Shown here one piece after another: positions 39,492 through 52,434 of a DNA stretch of 64,000 bases. The position numbers were made by a program, and so were the translations under genes. The notes below the pieces were generated by a model. That model was not told the DNA's origin, made no database searches, and saw only the letters and a program-made list of their open reading frames with translations. The DNA comes from Plasmodiophora brassicae (lineage: Eukaryota). The stretch's first letter is position 1, and the number at the start of each line of letters is the position of its first letter. The stretch spans positions 558,001 to 622,000 of the forward strand of contig CP145421.1 in the NCBI GenBank assembly GCA_036867785.1. Direction: 5' to 3'.

Positions 39492-40854
39492 ATGGCCCTG
39501 CGCTCTGTACTACGGCGGGTTGTGGGAGGCAGGATATCCCGACTGCGAATGGTGACGAACGCAGTCGACGTACAGTCAACTGCACCGACCCGGCCTTCCT
39601 CGTCACCTGCGGCTGATCGCATCGTCCGCCTGCGATCATTCCACTTGACGTAATCTAGTCGTTGGGTGTTGCCGACCAGTGTAAACTGATGTCAGCCTCC
39701 ATCAGGGAGCAACTGGACCTGCACGCCATCCAGTCTGGGCTACTGTTCCGGGAAGATATTATTCAACGCCGGGACAGGGTCATCATCTGCTTGGAAGACA
39801 CGAATTCACCGGACCCGGTTCCTGTGGAGTTTGGATGTAACCGGCGAAGTGTGATCCCTATCGCCGTTGCGTTCCCGTATGGGTCCGTTGTGTTCTTCAA
39901 CGCTTCCCAGACCCAGGTCTGTGGGGATGCACTGCACGCGTGTCGGCCCAGCTGACTCTCCACTGTCCGCCAGATGACGAGCGTCCTGTCCCGGCTGTTG
40001 AGGACTTGCTCTACGAAATTGCCCATTGATGAATTGCCTTGCGAAGACTACGCCGTGCATACTGAAGAGTTGCAAACGGCGTTCACCAACGACTTCATCG
40101 ACATACCGCTGCTGGACCGCCTCGGTGTTCACATCGTCTCCCAGATTATGGCCCAGGTCATCACTCTGTTTGCAAGATTGCACTGTCTACCCTGACCGTT
40201 TGGCCTCTTCCAGACTGTCGCCCTGGAACATTACGAAGCTAAAGTCGACGCCATTCTGCATACGTTTCACAACCTGAACTCATGCGTGTCTGTTGATGGC
40301 GTGATCGGAATCAGCCGGTCCGCCCTGTTTAAGCTGATCGGAGGTATGACACCCGTCCATCACGCCTAACGCCTGCTGACAGTTTGCCACAGGCAACAAC
40401 CTGATCCTCGCTGATGTTGTCAGTCACATTGGCGTTCTCGAATGCCAGCAATATGTCCTGGGACCAGTCAATCAAACGCTGTGGGATGGGCTTCGAGATG
40501 AATTTGAGGTTCGGCCCAGCTCTGCGATGTCCCTATTGGTTTAGGCTGACAATGCATTCTCCCAGTTGTCGGAAAGATTTGCTCGTTTATCCAAGAAGTT
40601 GCAGATTGTGCAGAGTCAGGCGCGGTTCCTTCTTGATGTCATGTCACAGGTATACACGGTCGAACGAGCTTCACCACCTGTTGCCCTGCCTCTAATGCCT
40701 AGCGTTCTAGGATAAGTCAAGCCTGCTGGAGTGGATCATTGTTGTTCTGGTAGGCATTGAGGTCTGCCTCTGCCTGCACAACATCCACACGGCCGTCGTT
40801 CGACGAAAGCAGTTCATGCGGGACCTTCTCGACGACCTGGCTGAATCGATGTGA
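39492..40854 (+). CDS. RMD1/RMND1 (DUF155) family protein, probably mitochondrial
   Basis: FPYGSVVFFN, AQ|TVALEHYE, and a C-terminal LEWIIVVLVGIEV motif. The N-terminus is presequence-like (MALRSVLRRVVGGRISRL). Multiple introns. Confidence 0.85.
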
Positions 40855-40951
40855 CCAACATCCTCACATATATACGCATTATATTAACGTCACGATTCGC
40901 CTGCCAAGCGGCGACTACGACGGGATCATATGCATCCCACCTGCCGTGACA

Positions 40952-41791
40952 TCAGAACGGTTTGTATTTGTAGATCTGGTCGGCATCGTCGCCCCTGTGT
41001 TTCGTCCGCCACATCCAGATTCGCTGTTTGGCACGGTGCACCGCGTCCTGCGCCGTCTGCTCCCTACGACATTCGTCCTGCTTCGCTTCTTTCAGCATGA
41101 CATCGATCTCGAGGTCCTCCAGCTTCTCCAACTCCCTCATACGTCGCAACCTCTGTTTCGCCGCGCACACGCCTTTCTCCACTTCCATCGTCCGCCTTCT
41201 AATTCGCTCTCGCCGTCGGAGCACCGGGTCCGTTGGCATGTCCATTTCGTCATCACTGGTGAGAATGGTTCTAGGTACGCCTGCATGTGTCCTGAGCGCT
41301 CCGCCCCCACTCGGGTTCTTGATCGTCTCGATGCGCTGCAGGAACCTGTCCACCTTTACATCCTGGCGATCTTCATTGTCCACAGGACGCAGGCTCATCA
41401 ATGCGGCTTGGCGACTGGAGTAATCCCTGACGCGTTGCTGGGCGGCTCGTGTTGCAATCACAAGGGCACGCCACACCACCGGCGACATGTTGCTGCCTGC
41501 TGGACGTCGCCTCTGCTTCGGCACCTTCGTCAACGCTTTCGATAGACGAGGCGACCCCGGTGGCGTTGGAGGCTTCATCAGCGGGTCATCGTCATCGATG
41601 TCAGGCTCGGTCGCGACGCGCGCCGGTGCATGAGCACTGCCTGGTCGCCGATGGGGTTTCGCCCGACCGATCCTGCTGATTGCAGGGTGCCCCTCAGCGG
41701 TCGTCACCGACGCCGTTCGTGGCCGTCGTCGTTGCACGGCGAGTCGAGGCGTGGTGCCGCCCGTGTCGCCACCTGGCGCCGTCGATGCCAT
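40952..41791 (-). CDS. Hypothetical basic/coiled-coil protein
   Basis: Single ~280-codon ORF from MASTAPGG to ...QIYKYKPF with a C-terminal coiled coil. Confidence 0.55.
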   Translation of the reverse strand: MASTAPGGDTGGTTPRLAVQRRRPRTASVTTAEGHPAISRIGRAKPHRRPGSAHAPARVATEPDIDDDDPLMKPPTPPGSPRLSKALTKVPKQRRRPAGSNMSPVVWRALVIATRAAQQRVRDYSSRQAALMSLRPVDNEDRQDVKVDRFLQRIETIKNPSGGGALRTHAGVPRTILTSDDEMDMPTDPVLRRRERIRRRTMEVEKGVCAAKQRLRRMRELEKLEDLEIDVMLKEAKQDECRREQTAQDAVHRAKQRIWMWRTKHRGDDADQIYKYKPF

Positions 41792-42104
41792 CTGTGCAAT
41801 CCGTACCCATTGGCGATCGCTTCCTTCTGTATAAGCGATCCGACGCCAAGCGTACCCCATCCTGCCCTAATATCGCTAGTGCCCCCCAGCAGACAAGGTG
41901 GGGGCGCGCCATGGCAGACAGTACCGGCAGCTAGGTATATATATTGGATGAAGACTTAGGAAGAGGGTGCCGACGTGGCGTTCGGGTTGCTGGGCTTATT
42001 GTTTGGTGGCGCAGGGCGAGCAACAAGGCTGACCGGTTTGGGCGCTGATGGTGGCCCGGGCAGCATTGCCAATCCTCTCAGTCGATGACCCTGAAATAGA
42101 CGTG

Positions 42105-44580
42105 TCAGCGTGGCCAGCCAAGCGATGGCGTCCGACGTACGCGAGGTCGCCTGGCGGGGCTCCTCTTCCAGGCAGGACCCTCGAAATCCGGTTGCAAATG
42201 GGAGACCTTGAGCCTGTTGTCGACAGCGTCGCTATCACCGGGGATTGGCGCCCGGACGGCCCTGTCGACGAAGTCGTCGTAGAGGCGAACGGCGTCGTCG
42301 TCCATGGCGCCCTGCGCGCCATAGATCGGAGCGCTGGACAGGTCGGCCATGGACGCGGCCGCCGCTTCACTGGCGCCATGGGCCCAGACGGTGCCATCTG
42401 TCACGATCCCGCCGTTGCTGTTCCGTCTCTCCGCTAGCAGGTCGCCTGCGATCTTCTCCAGGGCGTTGTCCTTGCCCCTGGGATCGCATCTGTCAGGTCC
42501 CCGTCCATTAACGGGCGATCGTGCCTGCCTTACTTGAACGCCGCCGTGATTGCCTTGAACTTGTTCAGCTTGTCCAGGCTGGCCTGCAAATCGTGCAGGT
42601 TGTGCTGACGGACGAACACCTGGTCGTCGAGGAGCAGGGACAGTTTCGCTGGCTGCCGGTACGCCTGCTTCGGCCTGGCGACCTCCAGCGATCGTTTCAC
42701 CGTTCCTGCCAACGGTGGCGCCATCGTCTCCAGCTCGTTCGCCACCAGGGCGGCGTGCGGTGCACCGAACACGAACTCTTTGCGAAGGGGCATGCCGCGC
42801 CCTAGCATGCGCATCCGATGCAGGATCTCGTCGTAGTCCGCATCGGACACGAACGCGTTCCCATCGGTCACGTCGCGTTCCGCTGCTTCGGCTGATTCTG
42901 CCCGACGCATCAGTCGAAACGAGGCCTGGCCAGACGAAACCGTCACGTACCCTCTTTGGCGGCGTCATCTGGAAGCGGTATCAGGTGCAAGTCACTGGCG
43001 GATGTGGCGGGGACCAGCTCCTGGGACGACGACGTCGGTCCGGTGGCGTTTCGCGTTCTGATGTTGAACGTCGACTGCAGGAAGCGCTCGAAGGCTTTGG
43101 TCAGGGCGCATAGCTTCTCGGTGCGATCGTTGAGGTCGTGCTTCAGCGCAACCGTGACCTGGCGTTGCCGGTCGAGCTGGGCGCGTAACTCGCCGGCCTG
43201 CTCGGTCGACGTCTTATGCCGGGCGCCTAACGAGGCGAACATGTGCGACAGGCGCGACGTCTCCATCGTCAGGCGCTTCAGCAGCGATTCCAGGTCGTCC
43301 TTGCCCTCGCCAGTCAGCTTCAGCTTCAGGCGGACGAGACGGTGTCGCAGGACCTCCCGCTGCCGCGTCAGATCGTCGATCGTGCCCTGCTGGAGACGCA
43401 CCTGTTCCTGCATCTCGTTCATCTGCGCAAGGTGGGCGGCTTCCTTGGCGGCCATCTCCATACGCGATTGCCGAACGACGTCCAGGGTCTCGGACAGCTT
43501 CGTCTCGAGGTCCTTCGCGGCCTGCATGGCCTTCTCCAGGTCCAGCTCCTGAACGGCCAGCTTGTTCTGCAACGCCTGGAACTGTTTCGTCTGCGCTTCC
43601 TCGACTTCCTCTTTGACGATCTCCAGGTCGCGTTCGTGCTGTCGCCGCAGGTGCTCGAGTTCGATCTCGTGCTTGACGAGGAACGCCTGCAGGTCGGTGC
43701 CCTCGATCAGGTTCATGATCTTGGCGTCCTTGGCGGTCACCATGCGCCGGAAGTGCAGGTCCTTGGCGCGGACAACGTACCGCATCTCCTGCTCGTGCTT
43801 CTGGCTCTGCGCGTTCAGCTTCGACTCCATCTTCTTCGCCTCCGTCAGGAACATGTGCTCGGCCACCTTCCTGTACTCGTCGAACTGGTTCCGCAGTGCG
43901 TTGACCATCTCGTTCTGTTCCAGGAGAAGCTGGCGCGCGTTCTCGTAGTGGACGTGGTTGGCGCGCTCGAACCGATTCCGCAGGGATTCCAGCTCGCCGT
44001 CCTTGGCGCCGACCTGCTCCCGGAATTCGGCCCGGCTCGTTTCGGTGAAGCGTTCGTACTCGAGGCGCATCTCCTGGAGCATCATGCTCGTCGACTGCAG
44101 CGTGTTCTGCACGTCGTTCTGCTCGCGGCTGGCGCTGACGGTTGCCTGGTTCAGCTGCTTCTTGAGCTTGAGAATCAGCGTGTTCTGGTCGATCAGGTCC
44201 TGCCGTCCGCTGCCGACCTGCTCCAGCTGCGACTCGAGGCTGTCGATGCGTTCGCCGTTCGTCTGCGCGATCTCCTGCAGGCGCTTGATCTCCTTGCTGA
44301 GGTCCTCGATGTGCGCATCCTTCTCCTTGCACATCTTCTCGAACTTGGCGCCGATCTCCTTGTTGACCCGGGCCCTGTTGTCGGCGTCGATGATGGCCTG
44401 CTTCGTCTCCTCCTGCTCCTGCAGCAGGATGGCGCTTTTGCCACCCATTTCGTCGACCTGCAACCGGAGCGCATCGACCTGCGTCTCCAGCTCGACGATC
44501 CTGGCGGCCATGTGCTGCTTCTCCTTCTCGAACCGCTTGATATCCCTGATCGTTGTCATCCGGGCGTCATCGTTGTCCAT
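42105..44580 (-). CDS. Long coiled-coil protein (3 exons)
   Basis: The 545-aa coiled-coil ORF splices (gtacgtg...gggcag, ~42950-42898) in frame into ESAEAAERD..., then (gtaagg...cccag) into GKDNALEKIAG...RRTPSLGWPR. Confidence 0.75.
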
Positions 44581-44683
44581 GGGCGCGCAAGGGGCGGCGA
44601 GGCTGCCGCCGCCTACAGCAACCTTGCCAAAGGTACGCCTTCGATCGGATCACGAATGGCATTCTGGGGGATCTTTGCACACG

Positions 44684-45895
44684 TTATCCAACGTTCTTTG
44701 TATTGGAAGGGTTAGGGTTGATGGTCTGCGCGAACGAGAGCAGCCGCTTGATGCTTTGGATGTACTTGCGCTGTGTCTCGTCGTTAAGGACGTGGGCGAT
44801 CGACTGCGAGAAGATCTTCTCGCGACCTTTGCGCTCGTGGATGCCGACCATGGTGACACCCATGGGCCATGGGGCATTGCCGATCGACATGCGCAGGTAC
44901 CAGTCGTTCGCCTGCACGTACTCCCGCTGCAGGGCCAGATCGACGATCTTCGTGATGTCCCTCAGGATGTCTGCGGGCGTGTCGCGACGCTTCAACAGTT
45001 TGAGAAGCGGCCTGATATACAGGCGCGTCTGCTTGTGGGTCGCCGCCGCTTTCCTGCCCTGGACCGACCTGCGCTCCTCTTCCGGCCTGTCGTTGAGCGA
45101 CTTCTCCCAGAGCAGCAGAAGCCTCTGCGAAACGGGCATCGTAAGACGATGGGAGCCTGGCTGCGGTCCACATGTCGCCGCCGTACCTTGAAGAAATACA
45201 GAATGTAGTCTTCGACGTGCTCAAAGTCGGCCCGGAACTTGGGGTCCTTGTACTTTTCCAGTTCCGCCCTGCGATTCCGTTGCGGCGATTCCGCCTGGTG
45301 CCCGCCATCAACTTGCGCCGCCGCCTGCGACCATTCAGCGTTAGCCGACACAGGACCACGCGTGTGTTGAACGTCGACTGCTGTGCAATCGTACCATTTC
45401 GCTCTCGATCTCCTTCTCGATCTTCCGCTGCAGGTTGTCGTACTTGCCAGCAGCGCTCCCATGCGCCCGGTCGTGAGCCTACGACAGCACCGCAAGTCAG
45501 CGGCAGGGCGGACAGACCCACGTCTCGACAAGAACGCGCACCTGGAGCCGATGGGAACGCAGCCGTGCGTTCTGTTCCGCTGGCGTTTCACCGAACAGCA
45601 GAACGGGCACACTGAACGCGCGAAGACGACGAACGAGTTCCGCCTGGGGCAGAATCGGCGTCGACTCGGCCGCCGCCCCGGATTCCGCCTCCTTGCCGTC
45701 ACCGCTCGCCCTGGGCGGCGTCGCTGGCACCGCCTCCTTGCTGCCATCTGCCTTCACCTGCGCAACCTCGGACGCAGCGGATCGCTCCAGGTCGCCCCGC
45801 CTCTGATATTTCGACGGGCGCCCGGCAGCCGCCGCCGCACGCCGCTCCTGGGCCTCCTTGCGTGCACGCGCGATCTCATCCGCCAGCACGTCCAT
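44684..45895 (-). CDS. PRP18: Pre-mRNA splicing factor Prp18
   Basis: PRP4-like motif [18 protein letters not shown] and the Prp18 core [33 protein letters not shown]...[19 protein letters not shown]. Confidence 0.95.
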
Positions 45896-46122
45896 CGCAC
45901 CGCCGGCGCCGGCTCCGTTACGCACCTCCGTGGCCAGCACGGCCAGGAAAAACAGGTGCAAATGCGGTCGTATTCCGGCCGGCGTTTTGGCGACAATCGC
46001 GTCATCGGAATCCGGGTGGCCAGTCAGTGTGGCACACGGACGGCCCGGCGGAGTGAGGGACGGACGCGACCCGGCAGCGCCCGCGGGGATAGGAACGCGT
46101 CGCGGTACGCGAATCGTCGACC

Positions 46123-48791
46123 ATGGGCGATCTGCAGGGGTCGTTCTGGACGTCCGGCCTGGCCGATGCCGTCGTCACGTCCGCGTCGTCGCTGGCGGCG
46201 ATGCTGGACGACCCGGAGGCGTGCACGCTGGCCGCTGTCCTGGCCGACAACGACGTCATCCAGGAGTGCAAATCGCTGAACAAGGCCCTGAACGATTTGT
46301 ACGTTGGTGATGTCGCGGGGCTCGCGGGGTGCTGCGTGACTGAGGCAAACGCGCCCTAGCCTGTGCCGGCCGGACGTCATTCTCGAGATGATTACGATGA
46401 TCGTCTCTGGGTCGTCGAACGTCGAATCCGTGGAAGAACGGTGATTCGTTTGTGGGTGCGTTGGTTGGCTGCCGGTCATCCAACATGTGTTCAGGAACGC
46501 GCTCGTTGCATCCGAGATTGTGGCCTGCGAAGTCGGGGCAATAACGGATGCCATTATGTCAAGCGAAGCGGCCCTCGATAAGCTGTTCTCGTTCGTCCTC
46601 ACCGACCATGTTGGGACTAATGAGGCGCCACCTCACGTACGCACTGCTGCGGCTGTTCCTATGGTGGTCGGCATTGACCCCCCGCTCCTAGCTGGACGCA
46701 CGACGGGCCGGCCATGTTCGCAAGGTCCTGTCTGTTCTCATTCAGAAGCGGTACGATGATTTGGCGAAATACATCGAGGAACACGCACAGGTGAGCACGT
46801 CTACGTAGCGCTGCCGGCCAACACGTCCCATCTAAACGCTGCTCTGTGTAGATCGTACCTGCCCTCGTCCGACGAGTGGCGAACACCTCGATCCTTGAAG
46901 TCATTGTACGTAACGTGCGATCGTGGCATGTCGTTGTTGGCCGTCCTGACCTGTCATTCGCGCAGATTATGCTTGGCTGGGATGATGGCAACCCTGAAAA
47001 CATCAACGACCGCAAGGTCTTGTATTTGTCCCTGCGTACGTTCTGCAACAGCTGAATGTGCCGTGCCTTAGTGGCTATTTAATCTAAAGCTGGTTCCGGA
47101 GCTGGTTAGTATGCTGAGGCCCGATCAGCATGAGCTAGTTCACGTAAACGCTGCACATGCGCTGGTTGACATGATCCTAAAGTGTCCTCCGTCCACTACG
47201 AGCTACCTGGGTACCGAATTCCCATCGACCATGTGGTTCGCTGCTAACTGCGGTCACTCAGTTGGGCAATTGCAAAGTCCCCCTGTCCTGTCTGCGCTGC
47301 TGGCCAACTGCGTATCCGGCCCAATATCTGCCTACGATAATGGTCTTGCTGTGTTGTCGGTCCTTGTCCAAAGGCATGCTATTATGAGCCATGGTTCCGA
47401 ACCGTACGCGTTGAGTGCTTAGGATGGTTGCTTATATGCGCCTGCAGAGTTCGAAGATCCGGCGTTTGGTGACGAGGTGCCGTTTCCCGTCCAGCTCATT
47501 TGTGATAATCTATCGACCCTGTTTCATTATATCATCGAGGTTGCCCCCGTTGCCGAACCCGTTCCTTCTGTGATGGGCGGGATTGTCGAGGTTCTCGGCA
47601 ACGCAAGGCTAAAGTCGGCGGAGCTTGTCCTGGCTCTCTTGCGAACAGGATACGTTGCTGTGCAATCGCAGCTGGCGGCAACGAATTTCGTTCCCGTCAT
47701 TGTTTCGTATTTCTTCAAGTACCAGTGGAACTCCATGCTGCACTTTATTACCGAAACAGTTGCCGTGTCGCTATTCACATCGGCTTCCAGCTCTGCGCTC
47801 AAGCACCAGGTTGGTACTTGCACGCGTTCGTTGCCGCACTCGCGTCTCATGGGCACTGCGGCAGTTCCTTCAGAAGGGGCAGTTTGTAGCAAACGCCATG
47901 GCCGCGTTCGAACAAAATCGGCTGGAGATGCGGAAGCGCAACGGTGTTCGGCTTGGGCACATGGGCCACATTATTCGCATTCTCAACATGATCGTCAGCG
48001 TGGACAGGGATTCAACCATCAGTCCTGAATGGATCCATCCCGGTATGCGGGCCGTGCCATCCTGCTTGCGTGCGCTCGTCTAACGGCACTGAAGACCGTG
48101 AATCGTGGATTTCCTTCGTCGAGTCCGACCTCGCCGTAGAGAACAGCAAGTTGAATGTCCAACTCGGTGGAGGCAGGCCCGACGTCAATGGTCTGGATCC
48201 CCAAACCGGTCCCTCGGTGTTAGGTCCGTCGCGAGCCGATCTGGACGCGGACGATGAGGACGAGTTCGACGGGTACGAAGCGTTTATTGTATTTCGCTGC
48301 CTTCCAGGCGTTAAGTTCCGTTGCGTTAGGGTCGATACAGGCAACGCCGGAGCCAAGGTACCTGACCGTATCGTCCATGTGTGTTGCGTCCCCGTGTCTG
48401 AGCCCAGCATCAGTACCGAACAGACTTTTCTGATGATTTCGACGCCATTGAAGACAACAGCCAATCTCAGACAGCGTCAGTTTGGCTGGCGTGGTTGACG
48501 ACGGGTTCGATCGGATGGTGACGCGGGCTGTGCTGTAGGTTCGACGCGATGAACAACCAGGCAACGCCGTTCGATGGGGAACCCTGGCCCGTGTCATTCG
48601 ACGGTACGGCTGCGTGCCACTGGCGCTAGGCCCGCCTTTGTGACGTGTTGCCTCTCTGTCTCTCTGCAGATAAGATGTTCGTCTCGGAGGAGGACGATAT
48701 ATTCGGGACCGCGTTCGGCTCAGAAGACAGCGTTGTCGTCCGGCCAGACGCAGCAGCCGCGCCTCCCCCCGACGAGGATTCCCCCGCATAG
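46123..48791 (+). CDS. SAPS / PP6 regulatory subunit family protein, multi-exon
   Basis: LDDPEACTLAAVLADNDVIQECKSLN, ASEIVACEV, LGNARLKSAELV, FFKYQWNSMLH, RLGHMGHIIRI and an acidic C-terminus. Stop TAG at 48789-48791. Confidence 0.88.
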
Positions 48792-48849
48792 CTTATACAG
48801 TGTCGAAGAGTCCCCATTACGTGTATGGCGTCATCGTTGCGGTTCGACT

Positions 48850-49804
48850 TCAGTGGCTGTTACGCGCCATGTCCTTGGTCGCGATGGCGTCCTCGAGCGC
48901 GGCCACCTGGGCCTGCAGACCAGCGATCGTACCCGCGAGCCTGCCAACGCTGTCTTGCAGAACGTCGCACATCTCGTCTCGTACCGCAAGGCACCGCTGC
49001 AGGACAACGATCTGGCCCTCCAGGTGCATCAGGCGCCCTCTGTCGTCATCGTGCTGGACCCTGTCTGGTTCATCGTGCACCGTGAACTCCTTCCCGCGCC
49101 CCGACAGCAGTGACTCGCGACCATCCAGAACGCACCGGAACGCCGCTGTCGTCGGGTCCCAGTCCTCGAACGCTACCACGCTGCCTCCAGCCATGCCCGT
49201 CGTCCCTGGGCCAAGCCAGGTGCGCCCGAGTGGTACGCGTCACCTCACAACTGAACGGCCGAGGGTTCCCCCGCCCCAGTAGTAGAAGAATCTCGCGCCC
49301 CAACTGTATCCGACATTGGCCCGTCGTTTGCAAACGTCACCGCGCTCCACCGTCCTGCACTGGCCCTGGCCGTCATGTCGCCCCATCGGTGCTGCCCGAC
49401 GGTCTGTGCAACGCCGAATCGAGCGTCGCCTCGAGCTCGGCGTTCTTCAGGCGCTGGGCGGTGATCTCCCTGGACAGCGACGCGATCGTCCGCTCCTGGG
49501 CGGCCAGCCGCCCGCGCCAGTCGTCATGGTCGACGGGAACGCCCTCGGGGAAGACCGTGAACTCGAGCACGTCGTTGGCGCGATTCGGCACGGCGCGGCC
49601 GTTGACCCGCCACCTGGACGAATACGCCTCCGTCGACGGGGCGAACTGGTCGAACGCCAGAATGTCATCGTGGACCGCCGCGTCGTCGCCCGACGAACCC
49701 AGGCTGGCCGCCCCGATGGCGTTCATGGTATGCGGCACCTCCGACCGATGGCTCCCCCCGGGGGCGTTCACACGTTCCCGATACATATCGTGCGCGTTTA
49801 TCAT
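48850..49804 (-). CDS. Hypothetical protein with two coiled-coil segments (multi-exon; boundaries approximate)
   Basis: ORFs 49373-49849 and 48850-49194 are separated by short intron-like gaps. Confidence 0.5.
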
Positions 49805-49891
49805 CCGGTTTACGTTTAGGTCTACTATACCCATTAGAGGTCGGTCCACCAGCTTGCGGTTAAATTGGACGCGGGGGGCGCGAGCGCGCGT

Positions 49892-50829
49892 TCAGCTCGC
49901 GAACCCGTCCGGCGACGACGACAGGATGTCGTCGAACAGGACGAACTCGGACCAGGACGCGTCGCTGTTGCTGCTGTTGTTGTTGTTGTTGTGAACGTCG
50001 TCGTCCGCGCTGCTGCTGCTGGTGCCCGTGCACGGGCGCTTCAGCGCGGGCCCTGCCGCCGCCGGCACTGGGTCCACGACGGTGGCCGCGACCGGCACCG
50101 CAGCGACGCTGTCGTCGTTGCGATGCCGGGCGATGGCGTGCTGCTGGGACCGCGACCGTTTCTTGGTCGGCGGCGGCGACGACGCGCCGGCGTCCGCCGC
50201 CGCCGCGCCCTTCATCCGGCGGACGAGGTCGCAGACGGCGGCGACGATGCGCTCGGAATGGGCCCAGTGCGCCGGGCTGAGCAGCGTCCGGACGGCGCGG
50301 TGCTCGGCGTCGGTGCGCCTCCCGCCGTGCTTGTCGACCCAGACCTGGTACCCTTTGCGCAGGTCGCCCGCCCAGCGCACCTGCTGGTACGCCTCGTCGA
50401 CGGCCTTCAGCTGCTCGGTCGACAGCGACTGGACGATGTGCTGGAACCGCTCGACGTAGTCCGGCTTGCCGGGCGCCGCCGTCGTCGTCGTCGTCGTCGC
50501 CTCCGGCGCCACGGTCGCCTGCACGGTCCGGTACGACGAGCCGAGGGCGGCGTCGTCGGACGTGCCGACCACGATGGCGTTCAGGACGGGCGTCGTCATC
50601 GTCGTCGGTGCGGCAGGGCAGTCGGGCGCCATGGTCGGTGCTGGGGTGACGCTGACCTCGTCGACGGTCCCAAGGTCCATGACGAGCTCCTCGTCGTGCA
50701 GGAACATGGGCATCGGCGGCAGGTCCAGGTCCACTAAGTCCAGCGCCGACCAGTTAAACTTAGCCATACTTGGGAACACGCGAGCGAAATACTGGATGCG
50801 TGCCGACCAGAGCGTCGTGGCCGCCTCAT
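49892..50829 (-). CDS. Hypothetical intronless protein with low-complexity T/A/N tracts around a helical core
   Basis: 314-codon ORF with strongly GC3-biased codons, poly-T and poly-N microsatellite tracts, and a basic PTKKRSR motif. Confidence 0.6.
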
Positions 50830-51627
50830 GACTCACCGTCGTGGCTCAACTCGCTGCCGCACGTGACGCAACGGGCAGGCCCGCCCTCGGCTCCACTCGC
50901 AGACCGTTCCGCAGGAGACAGCCGATCCACGTCGGTGGGCGTCGACGCCGGCCGCGATTCAGGCAACGATAGGCGATGCAATCCGAACTCAATGAGCGCA
51001 GGTCGTCAGCTGCGATAGCAATTCCGAACTGTCCACAACCGGCAGCGCATACCGGTCGTCTCCCCAGCGATGGTTGCACACGCCCCCCACCCGGCGACAC
51101 GCTGGCGATGCACCACTGCCGGGAGGGACCCGTTGGCGAGGCGGCCGTGCTTGACCGACCGACACCATCACCGGGTCGGCAGCGCGCGCCGGACACGGAA
51201 GCTCGTCATTGCTTTCGCAGTGGATCGTCACCTGCGCCCATTGGGTACGTCCTGCACCGCCTATCGGTCGTCACCTGCCGGATCGCACGGGCGTCATCCT
51301 CTGCCAGTGCTCTTTCCCGCCACAGCTGTCACCCAGACAATCATCATCAGCTGCGTGGATGATGGATGGGATCTCCTCCCCCAGCCCGGTCGGGCCACGC
51401 GGCTCGGGTCGGGTGCGCCTATTGAGGCGCAGTGCGGAAATCCGGGCCCGATGCACGACGGGGAAGGGTGGACCGAGAAGCTTCCTGCTCCCGACCCGGC
51501 AGACGTCGTGCGCGCGGGGCGCTCGGATCGGTGCTTCGGGTCGGGTCCAGGAATCTGCCCGCCGCCGCACTAGCCGCCCGCCGTCGCACTAGCCGCTCGC
51601 CGTCCGTCCGGCCTGTCATTCCTCAAA

Positions 51628-52275
51628 ATGAACGCGTCCCCGATGGTCACCCTGCTGCTGCTCGCGATCTGTGCCGGCGCCCTCGTCGTCCGTGCGGAGG
51701 AGGACGTGGACGTGAAGCGCTCCCGCAAGGATTTCGTCCGACACGCGAAGCACTTCCTGCTCACCAAGGGCACCGCGGCGGGCATCTCCAACATCGCTGG
51801 GCAGACGACGTACCCGCTGCTGTACCAGAAGACCAATATCCCGACGGAGAAGTTCGTCGCCGAGGGTGGGGAAGAACTTGGCGCCGTGCGACAAGTTGCC
51901 GACCTGTACGCGAACGCGCAGGGGAACCTGGCGCTTGCCGAGGGAGCGCTGACGGTCATGGACGGGATTTCCAAGGAGCCATCCAAAGGTGATTTGCGTA
52001 CAGCGCAGAAGCACCTGATGGCGGCCGCCACGAACAGCATCATCTCATCGCGTTTCAAGACGGTGACGAACGCCGCCCCGTTGCTGTTACTGTCGTCGGC
52101 GTACCACGGCTTGAAGTCGTTGCGTGACGTCCAGGTTGATGCAGAGCCACCGCGTGCACCACACGTCCACGTCAAGTACGAACCTGGAAGCGGCAAGGAG
52201 GCGGCGTCGTCCGCGACCACCGCCGTTGCGACGGTCGCAGCCGCCTTGGTCAGCGCTCTGGTGGTGATCCTGTGA
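51628..52275 (+). CDS. Putative secreted, probably GPI-anchored surface protein (215 aa, intronless)
   Basis: N-terminal signal peptide MNASPMVTLLLLAICAGALVVRA. The C-terminus has a small-residue spacer and hydrophobic tail with no cytosolic extension (SGKEAASSATTAVATVAAALVSALVVIL*). Confidence 0.75.
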   Translation: MNASPMVTLLLLAICAGALVVRAEEDVDVKRSRKDFVRHAKHFLLTKGTAAGISNIAGQTTYPLLYQKTNIPTEKFVAEGGEELGAVRQVADLYANAQGNLALAEGALTVMDGISKEPSKGDLRTAQKHLMAAATNSIISSRFKTVTNAAPLLLLSSAYHGLKSLRDVQVDAEPPRAPHVHVKYEPGSGKEAASSATTAVATVAAALVSALVVIL

Positions 52276-52434
52276 GCGAACCCGAACGACAGTCCCCGTT
52301 TCCCCGGCTCTTGCACAATACAAAAGCAGTTTCAGTGTTCATGAAAACAGCAACGGGCGTATTGTCTAATACGGGACATGCCGGGACGTCTACCGTCACG
52401 TAAAGTATTGCCAGGGAAGGCGCTGCAGTGCCGC

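Noticed and set aside
42956-45208. Long + strand ORFs (490 aa, 416 aa) antisense to the coiled-coil and Prp18 genes, and similar shadows over the HECT gene
   Set aside because: They are the expected antisense shadows of GC3-biased coding sequence and carry no motifs.
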